The notes below the pieces were generated by a model that had not been told where the DNA came from, ran no database searches, and was given only the letters and a program-made list of their open reading frames with translations. Shown piece by piece: positions 11,901 through 23,900 of a stretch of 64,000 bases of DNA (position 1 is the first letter of the stretch; each line of letters opens with the position of its first letter). The translations under genes were made by a program, and so were the position numbers. Origin of the DNA: Okamejei kenojei (taxonomy: Eukaryota); assembly GCA_035221665.1 (NCBI GenBank), contig CM069163.1:21886001-21950000 (forward strand). Direction: 5' to 3'.

Positions 11901-14900
11901 TGGAGCCAGCATGGAACAGGTTTGCTCCATGTATTCCTCAGTGTAATCTGGGAACCGTAGGCTATTTCAAGAGGTTGTCCCTGTGTGATCCTTGCCAGTC
12001 CCCCCTGGAAAAGAAAACATGTGTAACATTACAATCTGCTTTGGAAAGCACATGCAAGTATACTCTTGACCAAATATTTATACTAACATAATAAAACAAA
12101 TATCTAAGTGTCAAACGTGCCAGTATATACTTTTGACTCATAGACAACGAAAGCTGGAGTAACTCAGCGGGACAGGTAGCATCTCTGGAGAAGGAATGGG
12201 TGAGGTATCGGGTCGAGACCCTTCTTCAGACTGGTTAAGGATAAGGGAAACGAGAGACGGTGATGTGGAGAAATAAAGAACAATGGATTAAAGATATGCA
12301 AAAAAGAAACGATGATAAAGGAAACAGGCCATTGTTAGCTGTTTGTAGGGTGAAAATGAAAAGCTAGTGCGACTTGGGTGGGGGAGGGAAAGAGACAGAG
12401 GGAATGTCGGGGCTACCTGAAATCAATATTCATCTGAAGAAGGGTTTCGGCCCGAAACGTTGCCTATTTCCTTCGCTCCATAGATGCTGCTGCACCCGCT
12501 GAGTTTCTCCAGCATTTTCAATATTCATACCACTGGGCTGTAAGCTGCCCAAGCGAAATATGAGATGCTGTTCCTCCAATTTGCGTTTAGCCTCACTCTG
12601 ACAATGGAAGAGACCTAGGACAGAAAGGGCAGTGTAGGAATGGGAAGGAGAATTAAAGTGTCCAGCAACTGGGAGATTAGGTAGGTTCAGGTGGGCTGAG
12701 CGAAGGAGTTCTGCGAAACAATCGCCCAGTCTGTGTATGGTCATCTCTCCTTTTGTTAGTGATGATGACTCACTGTATCTCTCTGTTCTCCTGCAGCTCA
12801 CCATTGTGAGTTATTCCCTGCGAGCCTGCAGATTATTCAACCAAATACTTTTTTTTCTCACCTCACATCAGGCACGTGCCGTGAGTAATTACTCAGGGTA
12901 GGCAGTCAGCCAGCTTTAAAAAAAAATCTTAAACCGCGCATGCGCAGATTGTTCTCTTCGTAAAAAATACAAAATAAGTAACAATTCAATTTTCCCAAGG
13001 CTTCTCAATCTCCTTAATTTTGTAATTACTGAATGGGGAATAGAGGATGAAGGCAGGTGGAGAGAGTGTGGGAAAAATGGGAGCCCACCGGGACATTGAA
13101 TCAGTTGTCATCTTATTGAATGACAATACTAATTCAAGGGTCCATTTGGAGGGAGAGTTCCTTTCACAGCGTGTGGAGAGTCTGTGCCAGGGGTTGAAGA
13201 TGCGAGAAGGCAGAAGTATTGAGAAGGAGAGGGTCGGAGATCATATCAGTAGCTCACTCACCGCTGCCGCAGCGCTCCGGGCACGGACAGCAGAACTGGC
13301 TGGCACTTCCGGGGATAGAAGCAGCTTGGGTCGACACCAGAACCGGCTGCCCTTCAGCGCCTTCTGATCACCTCTGGCAGTGCTCTTCGTCTGAACATCT
13401 CTCACCTGCCGCTCGCCGGCTTCACTCATGTCAACCGCGTCCCCCAAATCCTTAAATTCCCACAACCAAGTAACCTCAACTGGTCCCGTGAACGCGCTGT
13501 CGGAATTTAAAGATTTGCGGTAAGCCGGCCGGCGAGCGGCAGGTGAGAGATGTTCAGACGGAGAGCACTGCCAGAGGTGAGTGGGGACCAGCAGAAGGGG
13601 TTGAAGTGGTTGGGTCCCGGCGGCCACTCGCAGTCACCCGAGCTGCTTCCTTCCTCGGAAGTGGCGACCAGTTCTGCTGTCAGTGCCCGGAGTGCTGCGG
13701 CAGCCACCCAAGCTAATTCACTCCCCGGCCACAATAAAACCATATAGCAATTACAGCACGGAAACAGACCCCAATCCCCTCCTTCACAACGCCAGACTCC
13801 CCAAACACTGTGAACGGAGCTCTACCCCCACCCTGGGAAATACAGCATTTAAAAACATAAAGCACCAAGAAATGCACTTACCACGTTATTGGTACATTAA
13901 GTCCATTCTTCACTCTTTGTTTCCTGAGATACTATTAAAATAATGGCAATCCATATTTGAAAATCCCACCAAGAAATGGGCGCTGCGCCTGTGCAGTACT
14001 GCAAAGGCAGAATTTCTGCTGCCTTCAGCTTCCCTTGAAACTGACGGCTCAGGCAGGGTTGACGGCACGAGGGCAGCACAGAGCTACGTGTGTTACAAGC
14101 GCTGTGGATGAAAGGCACGGAGAATTATGCCTACATAAGAGATCGATCTCTTAGATAGGCATAATTCTCCCATGCCTTTACTATTTATATTTAATAATTG
14201 CCATTTTATAATTTTAGTCAGGGTAGGCACTGCCTACCTTGCCTACCCTGACGGCACGTGCCTGCCTCACATCAAGATTGATCGTGAAATGATGAACAGA
14301 TTCAGGAATCAAGCTGCCTTTGCCTTGCACCCCTTATGAATCAAAGGACATAGAATTTAGTGGTCTGCACTCCCAATGCCATTCCCACTAAGCAGAACTG
14401 CTAGGCTTGAAAATGTTCTGAATGACAAATAGTTATTTAACTAAAACATAGGAAGGCAAATTATAATGTCAATCAGCTTAAAGTATAGGTCTCATTATCA
14501 ATCATAACCAGTTTAGAGTCGCAATGATCACAGGATAGATTCTGAAAAATCGTTGAGTTTAATCTTTCTGTCAACCTTGGAACTATCTAGGTTTTGGTGT
14601 TCCTTCGTGTTTACCAATGAATTTAACAATTTAATGCATCCTGTCAAATTAAATTCCTGAAGCATACCAGGCTGTTTGAATTCCTAACACACTGTGTTTA
14701 GAGTCACTTTAAAACATTTTGCTTATTGGCACGGAGAAAGAAAAATAAAATCAGAGTCTGGTAGATCGGCTTCTTCACAGTGCCAGAGACGCGGGCTCGA
14801 ACCTGACCAGTGTAGGGAGTGGATGTGAAAGTGGGAGACACACAGAACGAGTGTGAACAGAGGATCAATGCGAGGCATGGATTCTGTGGGCCGATGGGGT

Positions 14901-17900
14901 TATTTCCCCTTGTGCTGTATCTCTACACTAAACTATCTTCATGTAATATATTCTGTCTGTGTGATTTTATTTTCACTTTCTGCACATCCATTACTAGAAT
15001 AAATGCACTGATGAGAAGACCCACATGATATTCAATAGTCTTACCTCCAGACTTGCTTGGAACATGCTGGTCATTATTTGATCGTGTGGCCCAGAGCGGT
15101 ACAACAAAGTCAGGTGGATGTAGAAGCAGCCCAGATACAAGATTATTGGGAGGACTAGAAGTGCACATACACGGGCCACGATGTGATAAAACACTGTGAC
15201 CTGCAAATGAGATTTAGAGAAATTGCAAGGCTTAGTCTTCAAACTGGGCGATGTGGTAATAAAGAGAAAAAAAAACAACCAACTGGCCAATTTGGTTACA
15301 ATGCAAGCTCCATTTCCACAATGCAAGCTCCATTTCCATGTTCTAATTTTAAAAAGTTAAAGTTATATTGCATTATTCTAGTACATCTTTCTTTGGCAAG
15401 AAATAAAATGAAGTTACTGGGTGTAAGCAAAATCCAAAAACACACTTATTAGAACAATGATTAATATGTTGCCAAATGAAAACTATATCTGAGAAGTACT
15501 GACAAAATACATTTGATCATCGACCTGTAGTATTGATAGTTTTGCTCCACAGATGCTGCCTGACCTGTAAATCCTTCCAGCATTTTGAATGTGCATACAG
15601 TTTTTGTCTTCCCCTATTCCCAACAAGGATAATCCCTCTCTATCTATATTGTTAGATAGCTTTGGAGCTGTTCCTTTTCACTCCATGTCTGCAACAGTTA
15701 GATTATTTGATTGAATTTCAAAGGGATTGTCAAATTCATTCAGCTTCCATGAGAATCACTTGGGAAACTCTTCCCGCCGGAGCTCAGACATAATTGCAAC
15801 GTAAAATAGGCAGCTCTTACAGGAGCTAGGTTTTAGCTCAAGAGTTCAAGAATGTTTAACTGTCATATGTACCGGAAGCAGAATAACGACATCCTTCCTC
15901 AATGTGCCTGGAAAGCTGCAACAAACAAGAATGCCATTATTCCAGTCCCAATGCATATGACAATTAACCATTCTTGAACTTACAAGCTAAAAATTCACAA
16001 CTATTTACAACTGCCCCCTACTTTAGAAGAACACAATTATCTGCATTTCCCTATTTACATTACTTACACTCGCAGCACAGACTTCAAATTACCACCCACA
16101 TAACAATGGGCCTTCAGACTGAATTCTAATGTGAATAACACCAAGGGAGATCTGAACAAATCGATGAGTGAACAAAGTAATATATTCAAACTGCCTTAAA
16201 GAAAAGGTATATTTCGAACAAGATAGTGGTTTGTTGGCCATTTGAGACGCATTTACGAGTCTTTGTTGGGTCTGGAACAACAAAGACTTACTTACCACAG
16301 CAATGCCAGTATACAAGTTATAATAGATGTACTCTTAAGCTCAAAAAAACATAAATTAATTGATTTACCATATAATGTCACCATCACACAAAATTAAACA
16401 TAAACGGTAGCTTAGGTACCTACATTTGATAATGTTGTATCCCCAATGAGCTTCCATGTGTGTACTCCAGCAATAGCCAACAGAAGCAAGTATGTGAATA
16501 AGCCCATGTATTTTACCCTGCAAACATATCAAAACAAATATAGCCATTGGATTTGATGTCCCAAGTTAACATTTCTAATTAAGCTAACAAAAGTCATAGC
16601 TTTCCACATTTAACATTAAATGATAATGAATTACAAACAACTTGCCCTTCGAGCCAGCACCGACCACCATGCAATGTGATCATGGCTGATCAGCCCCAAT
16701 CAGTACCCCGTTCCTTCCTTCTTCCCATATCCCATGACTCCGCTATCTTTAAGAGCCCTATCTAGCTCTCTCTTGAAAGTATCCAGAGAACCAGCCTCCA
16801 TTGTCCTCTGAGGCAGAGAATTCCACAGCCTCACAACTTTCTGTGTGAAAAAGTGTTTCCTCTTCACAGTTCTAAATGGCTTACCCCTTCTTCTTAAACT
16901 GTGGCCCCTGGTTCTGGACTCCCCCAGGCTACAAAGTGATATTACAACAAATGATTAAAAACGTCCATCAAAAAGTTAGGCTTTAAGAAAGAGGAAAGGA
17001 TGAGATGGTAAAATATTTCCGGAGGTAACTGCAGAGGTTATGGCCTTAGCAGCTCTGTTTCAGAGTTCTCTAGGGCCTATCCCACCGTAGACTCTAGCTT
17101 TCTCAAGAGGTCAGACCAAAGCAGTAGTGAAGAGGGAATTAACTCTGCTGCTCTCTTCAAACAGACTATCACCCTCACCCCAGCCATTTTCTTTTCTCTC
17201 TTCCATTTCTGTAAGAAGATACAAGTGCTTGACAGCTCAAATATCTAGATTTAAGAATAGCTTCTTCCCTGCTACTGACAGACCACTGAACCAATCATCT
17301 CTTTCACACCTCATTCCCAGAGTTGCTGTCACATATTCATGACTCTACTTCATTCAGTGATTCTGTTATTGTCCCTTTGCTCTGGGAAATTAATGTGAAT
17401 GAGGAGCATCATTGCACCCTAGTGACATGACAGTAAACTAGTCTGAAATCCTGTCCACAACAAAGGTTCCTTAAATGTAACTTTATGCAACTAATTTTCC
17501 CACATTTTCAGGTTAAGAACTCTGAAATTTTTAAAAAAAAATTACTTTCCTTTGGACATTCTGCCAGTGGTTTAAATCACAACCTCAAATTTTCAACTCA
17601 CTCCCATGAAGTAGTAGTTATTTTATGTTATTTTACCCACACTCTTAAAACCGCTCGCTGTGACTGTCTAGTCAATGATTTAAATCGTCTCCTCAGTTTT
17701 ACAATCCACTTTCCAGAAACAGTAAGTTGTATGTCGGTATTCCATCAAAGTATCGATTCATAAATTTCTCTTACATTCTCCTATCCAACAAAGAAACAAC
17801 ACAATGGTTTAAATAGTCTCCAAGGTATGTTTCTGTGATAAGGCTCACATGATGCACACTAGACTATTCCATAAGATGGTGATCAGCGGTGAGAACCCTG

Positions 17901-20900
17901 GCTGAATTTTCTCCTCTCTTATCATAGAGACCAATTATTGAACCTTCAATGTCAACCTAGCTGAGAGCAGCCAACCCCACTTTGAACAGCATTAAATGTA
18001 TAAGCTCTCTAGTATTAATGACTCAGCTACATTGCAGTATAGAGATCCCAAAGTTCCATTTCATCTGCTTCGTAATTAAATTAAAATAAACATGAAGTAA
18101 ATTATGCTTATCCATGTAGGAGAAATGCAGCAATCTTAGCCTTCCAGAGGTTAAAATTCAAGAACATTAGTTCAGCTGACATATTTATTTGTAGTCTATA
18201 TGCTGAACAGATAAGCAAGCAGTAATAAGCGCGTTCGGTATTCAGAAAAACGCAAGAAATCATGGGATTTGTCAAAGTTCATTAGAGAAAAAATAGCGAA
18301 CAGGGGTGCCAGGTAGCAGGAGAGCCGAGTGTGACAGCGAAAGAGGGGGTTGATACGTGTGAGAGACAGGAGGAGAGACTGGACTGGCGGAGAGACGGTG
18401 ATAGGTGGAGGAGAGAGAAAGTTGCAGAGGGGTGAAAGTTGTTTGTGTTTTTCATGAGTGTTTAGTTTAACGGGCAATGTCCCCCAGTCCCTCCCTCCAG
18501 TCTGGGGCGGGGGGATGGGGGGTGGAGGGATTGTCCTAGCGCCGGGGAATTCTTCCGGAAACGGGGTGTCTGGGACCTGCAGTGAAGCCGCGATCGCAAG
18601 TTAATCTCTCCTCCCATCCCTCTCCCCATCCGTCTCCCCCATCTCTCTCCCCGCCGCCTCGCCTTTACCCGTGGACAGGCCTCGCTCTGTGGGAAGGAAC
18701 TGCAGATGCTGGTTTACACCGAAGGTAGATACAACATGCATATCCCCGTTGATGACTGGTGCTAGGCTTTCACCGAGGGGGTTAACCGACAGCCACTGGA
18801 TAAGGCGAGATTATAGCAGACGGTCCCCGGGCTGTCGGAGAATGGGTTCCTCGGGAGTTGGAGCAGAGTTGAACTGGAGTTAGTGCTTCCTGTCAATGGC
18901 CTGCTCCTGCACCTATTTTCTATGTTTCTTCTCCGCGCTGGCTGTAAGCCTGGGGCCGCCACTGCTCTGGGCCGGTGTCCCATTGTCCAAGGTCTCCTCA
19001 GACATCTCTGGTTGCCCCCGGACAGGGATGCGACACTCGGGAGGGGATGGGGACGGTAGTGAGAATCCGTTCATAAATCTGCCTTCTAGGGTTATGCAAG
19101 AGGGGTGCATGGTTGCCCCTGTATAACAACCCTGTATAACCCGGAGGGCAGCCCGAGTGAGAATGGAACCCATACACCCAGGCTAAGGGGAACCAGACTG
19201 TGATTCCATTACATTGTCACTGCTGAAATTTCTGCATGGACCAGTGGAGAAGGAAGAACTAGTGTCGCTAACTCCAGTTGCAATTCAACAGTGCTCGCAG
19301 CACCGGAGACCCGGTTCGATCCTGATGAAACGCAGGTCTGTATACAGCCAGCAGCTCGCCTGCCGAGAATGTTTATCTCCAGTGACCTTTGACCTGGGCA
19401 TGCGCAGTCGGAATACCAAACTCGCCTACTGCTGCTTTATATACATATGTGAAGGAACTCACCCAATAGCAAATGCACATGCTGTTCCAGTTAGGAAAAG
19501 CCAAGACCACCACTTCACTGAAAATGAGCTGAAACAAAATGTAATTGATGAAAGGCATTAATAATCTACACTGCACACTTTCCATAGTTTACAACATAAA
19601 ATATTACAGTAATGGTTCATCATACCTGTTTTTCTTCATATTGTAGAATTTTAGATAAGACAAGACCGCCAGCAGTGCAAAGAAAATGAGAATGGGTTCC
19701 AGAAGCATAAACCGTGACTGGGTTATTAAGGAGTTTTCTATTTGGAAAAAGAGAACTGCAATATTGGAACGGCATACATTTTGTACAAATACATACTACT
19801 TGTAAAGCAGATACTGCACAATGGTAGAAATGAAATCTAACACACACTCGACACGAACAGCTGCATTGATATATGGATTTGGAGACGGGGCTGATTTTGC
19901 ACATGGGAGATTATGTCTTACAAATTTGACTTGCATTTTTTGACAAGTAACCAAAAAGGTTGATGAGGGCAAAGTCATAGACATTGTCTATGTGGACTTC
20001 AGCAGGGCCTATGATAAGGTTTTGCATGGTAGGCTGCTCTGAAAGATTAGATTGCATGGTATCCAGGGAGAGCTAGCTGGCTAGACAGAAAATTGGCTTC
20101 ATGGAAGAAGAAGGCAAAAGGCTGGTTTTCAGACGGGAGGCCTGTGAACTGGTGTGCCTCAAGGATCATTGCTGGCCCCTATGGTGTTTATGGTATATAT
20201 CAATTATTTAGATTAGAATGAACATGGCCTCCTCCCCAGGGAAAAATAAAAGAAAGGTACTTGAATAGATCACCCGAATCATAGGCGTACTAACTCCTAA
20301 TAATAGTTAGTAACCAGTTATGGAGACAGAGGTAATATAAATAAAATAACTGCTGCTGTAAATAAACCTCATTCTGCACAACTGTAAAGGGGGATTCTCA
20401 ACACCACACTCAGCAAAGAGTATAATAGTATATACTTTCTTACCCTAGATATTAACCATCTCTATAATACAAAAACTCTTCCTTTTGTTTGTGTCGACAA
20501 TGTGTCAATCTGCTTTTCCTATCTTCTTCCAAACGCTAGGCCACAGCCTTCCCATTTTCACACATCCTAGTCACATTTTTCCCGTCGTGGTGATAAACAT
20601 CTTCCCGTCGCATTCCCACCTATATTTCCGATGATATTAATCCTTTAAATTTTAAAAACAGCCCCAAAAACTAACCCATTTCAGGAAAAATAACGCGCGT
20701 GACGTCACAATGCATCGCAAGGCAGGACAGGACACTCCAGAAGGGAGGGGCATTCCAGCGCTCGCGGTCAGCGAGGAGTGGCGACGGCTGCCGGCACCTG
20801 ACGGAAAGGGTGGTGCCGCGGGCCCTGGCTGGAGCCGAGCCTGGTGCTCCAGCTGGGGCGAGAGCCGAGCCTGGGGGTTGGGTTGGGGCCGAGAAAGAAG

Positions 20901-23900
20901 CCGCCGCTGGAACCAAGGACGAAGCTGGGTCCATGGTCAGGGACGAGCCCGGGGATAAAGTCGGGGCCTGGACTGGAGCCCAGGCGGCGGCCGAGCTGAT
21001 GGCTGGAGTCTACAGCCAGGGCCGGGCCGAGTATGAGAAACAGGCCGAGTTCAAGGCCCTGGCGCTGCTCTATGATCTGGGTAGGTCCTGGGCAGGGATT
21101 AGGAGTAGGATGAGGGAAATCAGGAGGGAGATGGGGTGGGGTGTGGGGTGGTAAAGGGAGATGGTGGGTTGTGAAGGAGGGAGATGGGGAGGGGTGGAGG
21201 AGGGAGATGCCCTCTTCCTATCTACCCTCACTCCCACCCTCCCCCCCACTCTAATCCCCCTCCCTCTCTAGTCCCCTCCCCCTCCCTCTCTACCCCCCCT
21301 CCCTCTCTTGGGATTGGAGGGCGGATGAAGAGGAGGTGCTGGGGGATGAGGAGAAATGAGCCGCGCCTGCTCCGTTGGGGGCAATGCGTGAGTGGTGCAA
21401 TATTGCGTAGGGGGAATGGGTGAGTGGTGGAATCTTGCATTGGGGGAGCAGACACAACGGATCCACACTTGGTCTAGTTAAATATAACATTTTAACGTCA
21501 TAACACTTAAAATAACTCAATTATTTCATTTTTGTTTAATTATGCTATCAAATTACCAAACATGATAAGAAGGGCAGCAACAAGAGCAGCGGTGTGAGAA
21601 TACTTGAGTTCTACGATAATCTGGTATGCCAGTGAGATGCAGAGAGCCCCAGCCAGAGCTGGAAAGAGCCTCAAGTTCCAAACTGGGACAGTCCCCGTGT
21701 ACTCTGAGCAAGAGAAAACACAAATGTTATAATAATACACCATTGTGAAATGTGAATATTTGTGAACAATAGTAAACACATAATCAGCGAAAACCTTCCC
21801 CATGTTTAACTGATATTCCAACGCAACCACAGAATATAAGAAATAGAAACAGAAGCCCTCAAAGGATCTTGGATCTGAAACGTTCAATCGGTTTCTCTTT
21901 CCACAATCTGCCAATTGTTTCCAGCATTTACTGTTTTTAGTTCAGACTTTTCCACATTTGTGCACATTTTAAACAGAATGACAGGAAAGCAACTATTGAA
22001 AGAAGGAGAATTTACCTGATGACCCATCTGCCCATCTAACCTGGAGTTCTAGATGCTCATGCATAGTTAGAACTTCCAAACTTCCAGTCTGCTGATCTTG
22101 GGAGCACAAGAAGATTATTATCTAACGGCAAGTGGATAATGAGTGGAACCTGACCCCAAATTGACAGAAGCCATCAAGGTGATATTTAGATATTCTCTGG
22201 CTCACAGCTTAGTGATTACAATACACGACCACTCTGAGTAGTGGACACTGGAATTATGTGCCTGGAAGGATGCGGTAGAAATGTATGTAGTGGGATTCAG
22301 TTTGCTAAAGAGGACTGCAAAAATCAATTAAAGGGCATGATAATAAATCAACAATAGCACACATCCAAGGACATATTTCATATATTCAACAAAGTGTGCT
22401 CCAGTGATCAAAGAAAGTCTCTGCAAGAAGGATGCACCATCCGTGGCTAACAAAGGAATATGCAAGATGGAAAGAAAATTCATATACTGCTTTAGATAGG
22501 CACATGCAAATGCAGGGAATGGAAGGGTATAGATCGCGTGTCTGTTCTGTTGCTGTACTGTTCTATGATGCAAAGAATAATGGTCAGCCAGAGGAACATT
22601 TTTCAGAAACCGATAAAGATTGACTAATAAAGAGGGAGATGTTTTGAGTTTTAAGATTAACCTATTAAATAATTAAAGAAATATAGCAAGTATATAAAAA
22701 GTGAAAGTTACTCTCATACTCCAACCACTCAACAAATGTAGATCAATATGGTTAAATGATGCTATTTCAATATAAACAACCTAATGGTTTCAAACTAAGG
22801 CATTATCTGTAAAAGAAGAAACAAAAATGCTGGAAATACTCAGGTCATGAAGGTTGTGTGGACAGAAAAGCAGAGTTAACATTTCAGGTTGATGACATTT
22901 CGTTTGATTAATTCTCGTTTCTCTCTCTCAACAGTTGCTGCCCAACCGAGTACAGAGAAGATTCACCAGACTGATTCCTGGGATGTCAGGACTTTCATAT
23001 GAAGAAAGACTGGATAGACTCGGCATGTACTCGATAGAATTTAGAAGATTGAGGGGGGGATCTTATAGAAACTTACAAAATTCTTAAGGGGTTGGACAGG
23101 CTAGATGCAGGAAGATTGTTCCCGATGTTGGGGAAGTCCAGAACAAGGGGTCACAGTTTAAGGATAAGGGGGAAGTCTTTTAGGACCGAGATGAGAAAAA
23201 CATTTTTCACGCAGGGAGTGGCGAATCTCTGGAATTCTCTGCCACAGAGGTAGTTGAGGCCAGTTCATTGGCTATATTTAAGAGGGAGTTAGATGTGGCC
23301 CTTGTGGCTAAGGGGATCAGGGGGGTATGGAGAGAAGGCAGGTATGGGATACTGAGTTGGATGATCAGCCATGATCATATTGAATGGCGGTGCAGGCTCG
23401 AAGGGCCGAATGGCCTACTCCTGTTTTCTATGTTTCTATGACCTGCTGGGTATTTCCATAATTTTCTATTTTTATTTCAGATTTCCAGCATCTGTAATTT
23501 ATTGCCTTTAGAAAGTTCTTTCAAACCCAAACTATATATTTATGGCCTGACTTTAAAATTTGATTACAGCCACAAATATTTTATCCAAATGGATTCAATA
23601 TTGCAACAGGGAAGAATCAATATGGATGTATGTTCTAAAATACACATGTAACAAAGCGGCCTTGCATCAATGTCAGAAGTTGGAAATGCACAACAGTGAA
23701 AGTATAAATATGTTTTATAAGTATGTTACTTTCTCCAGGAGTTACCATTAATACACATTAGCAGAACACTCAATTATCCATTCAAAGCCAGTAGGTGGCA
23801 TATGTGCAACAGTTAAAAGTATTTAGTGTGCGTTTTTTTCCTTATACAGGTTCACTACCGATTTTCTGGCATCCTTGATTCCAGTCTTTCTGGATTATCC

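Noticed and set aside
12200-12232. Further hammerhead-like copies (also about 11018, 34272, 34428, 57055-57125)
   Set aside because: Catalytic core mutated (e.g. GATA for GAAA, or CUGANGA missing); treated as decayed repeats
15299-15338. 20-bp perfect tandem duplication
   Set aside because: Ordinary slippage duplication; two units only, not an array
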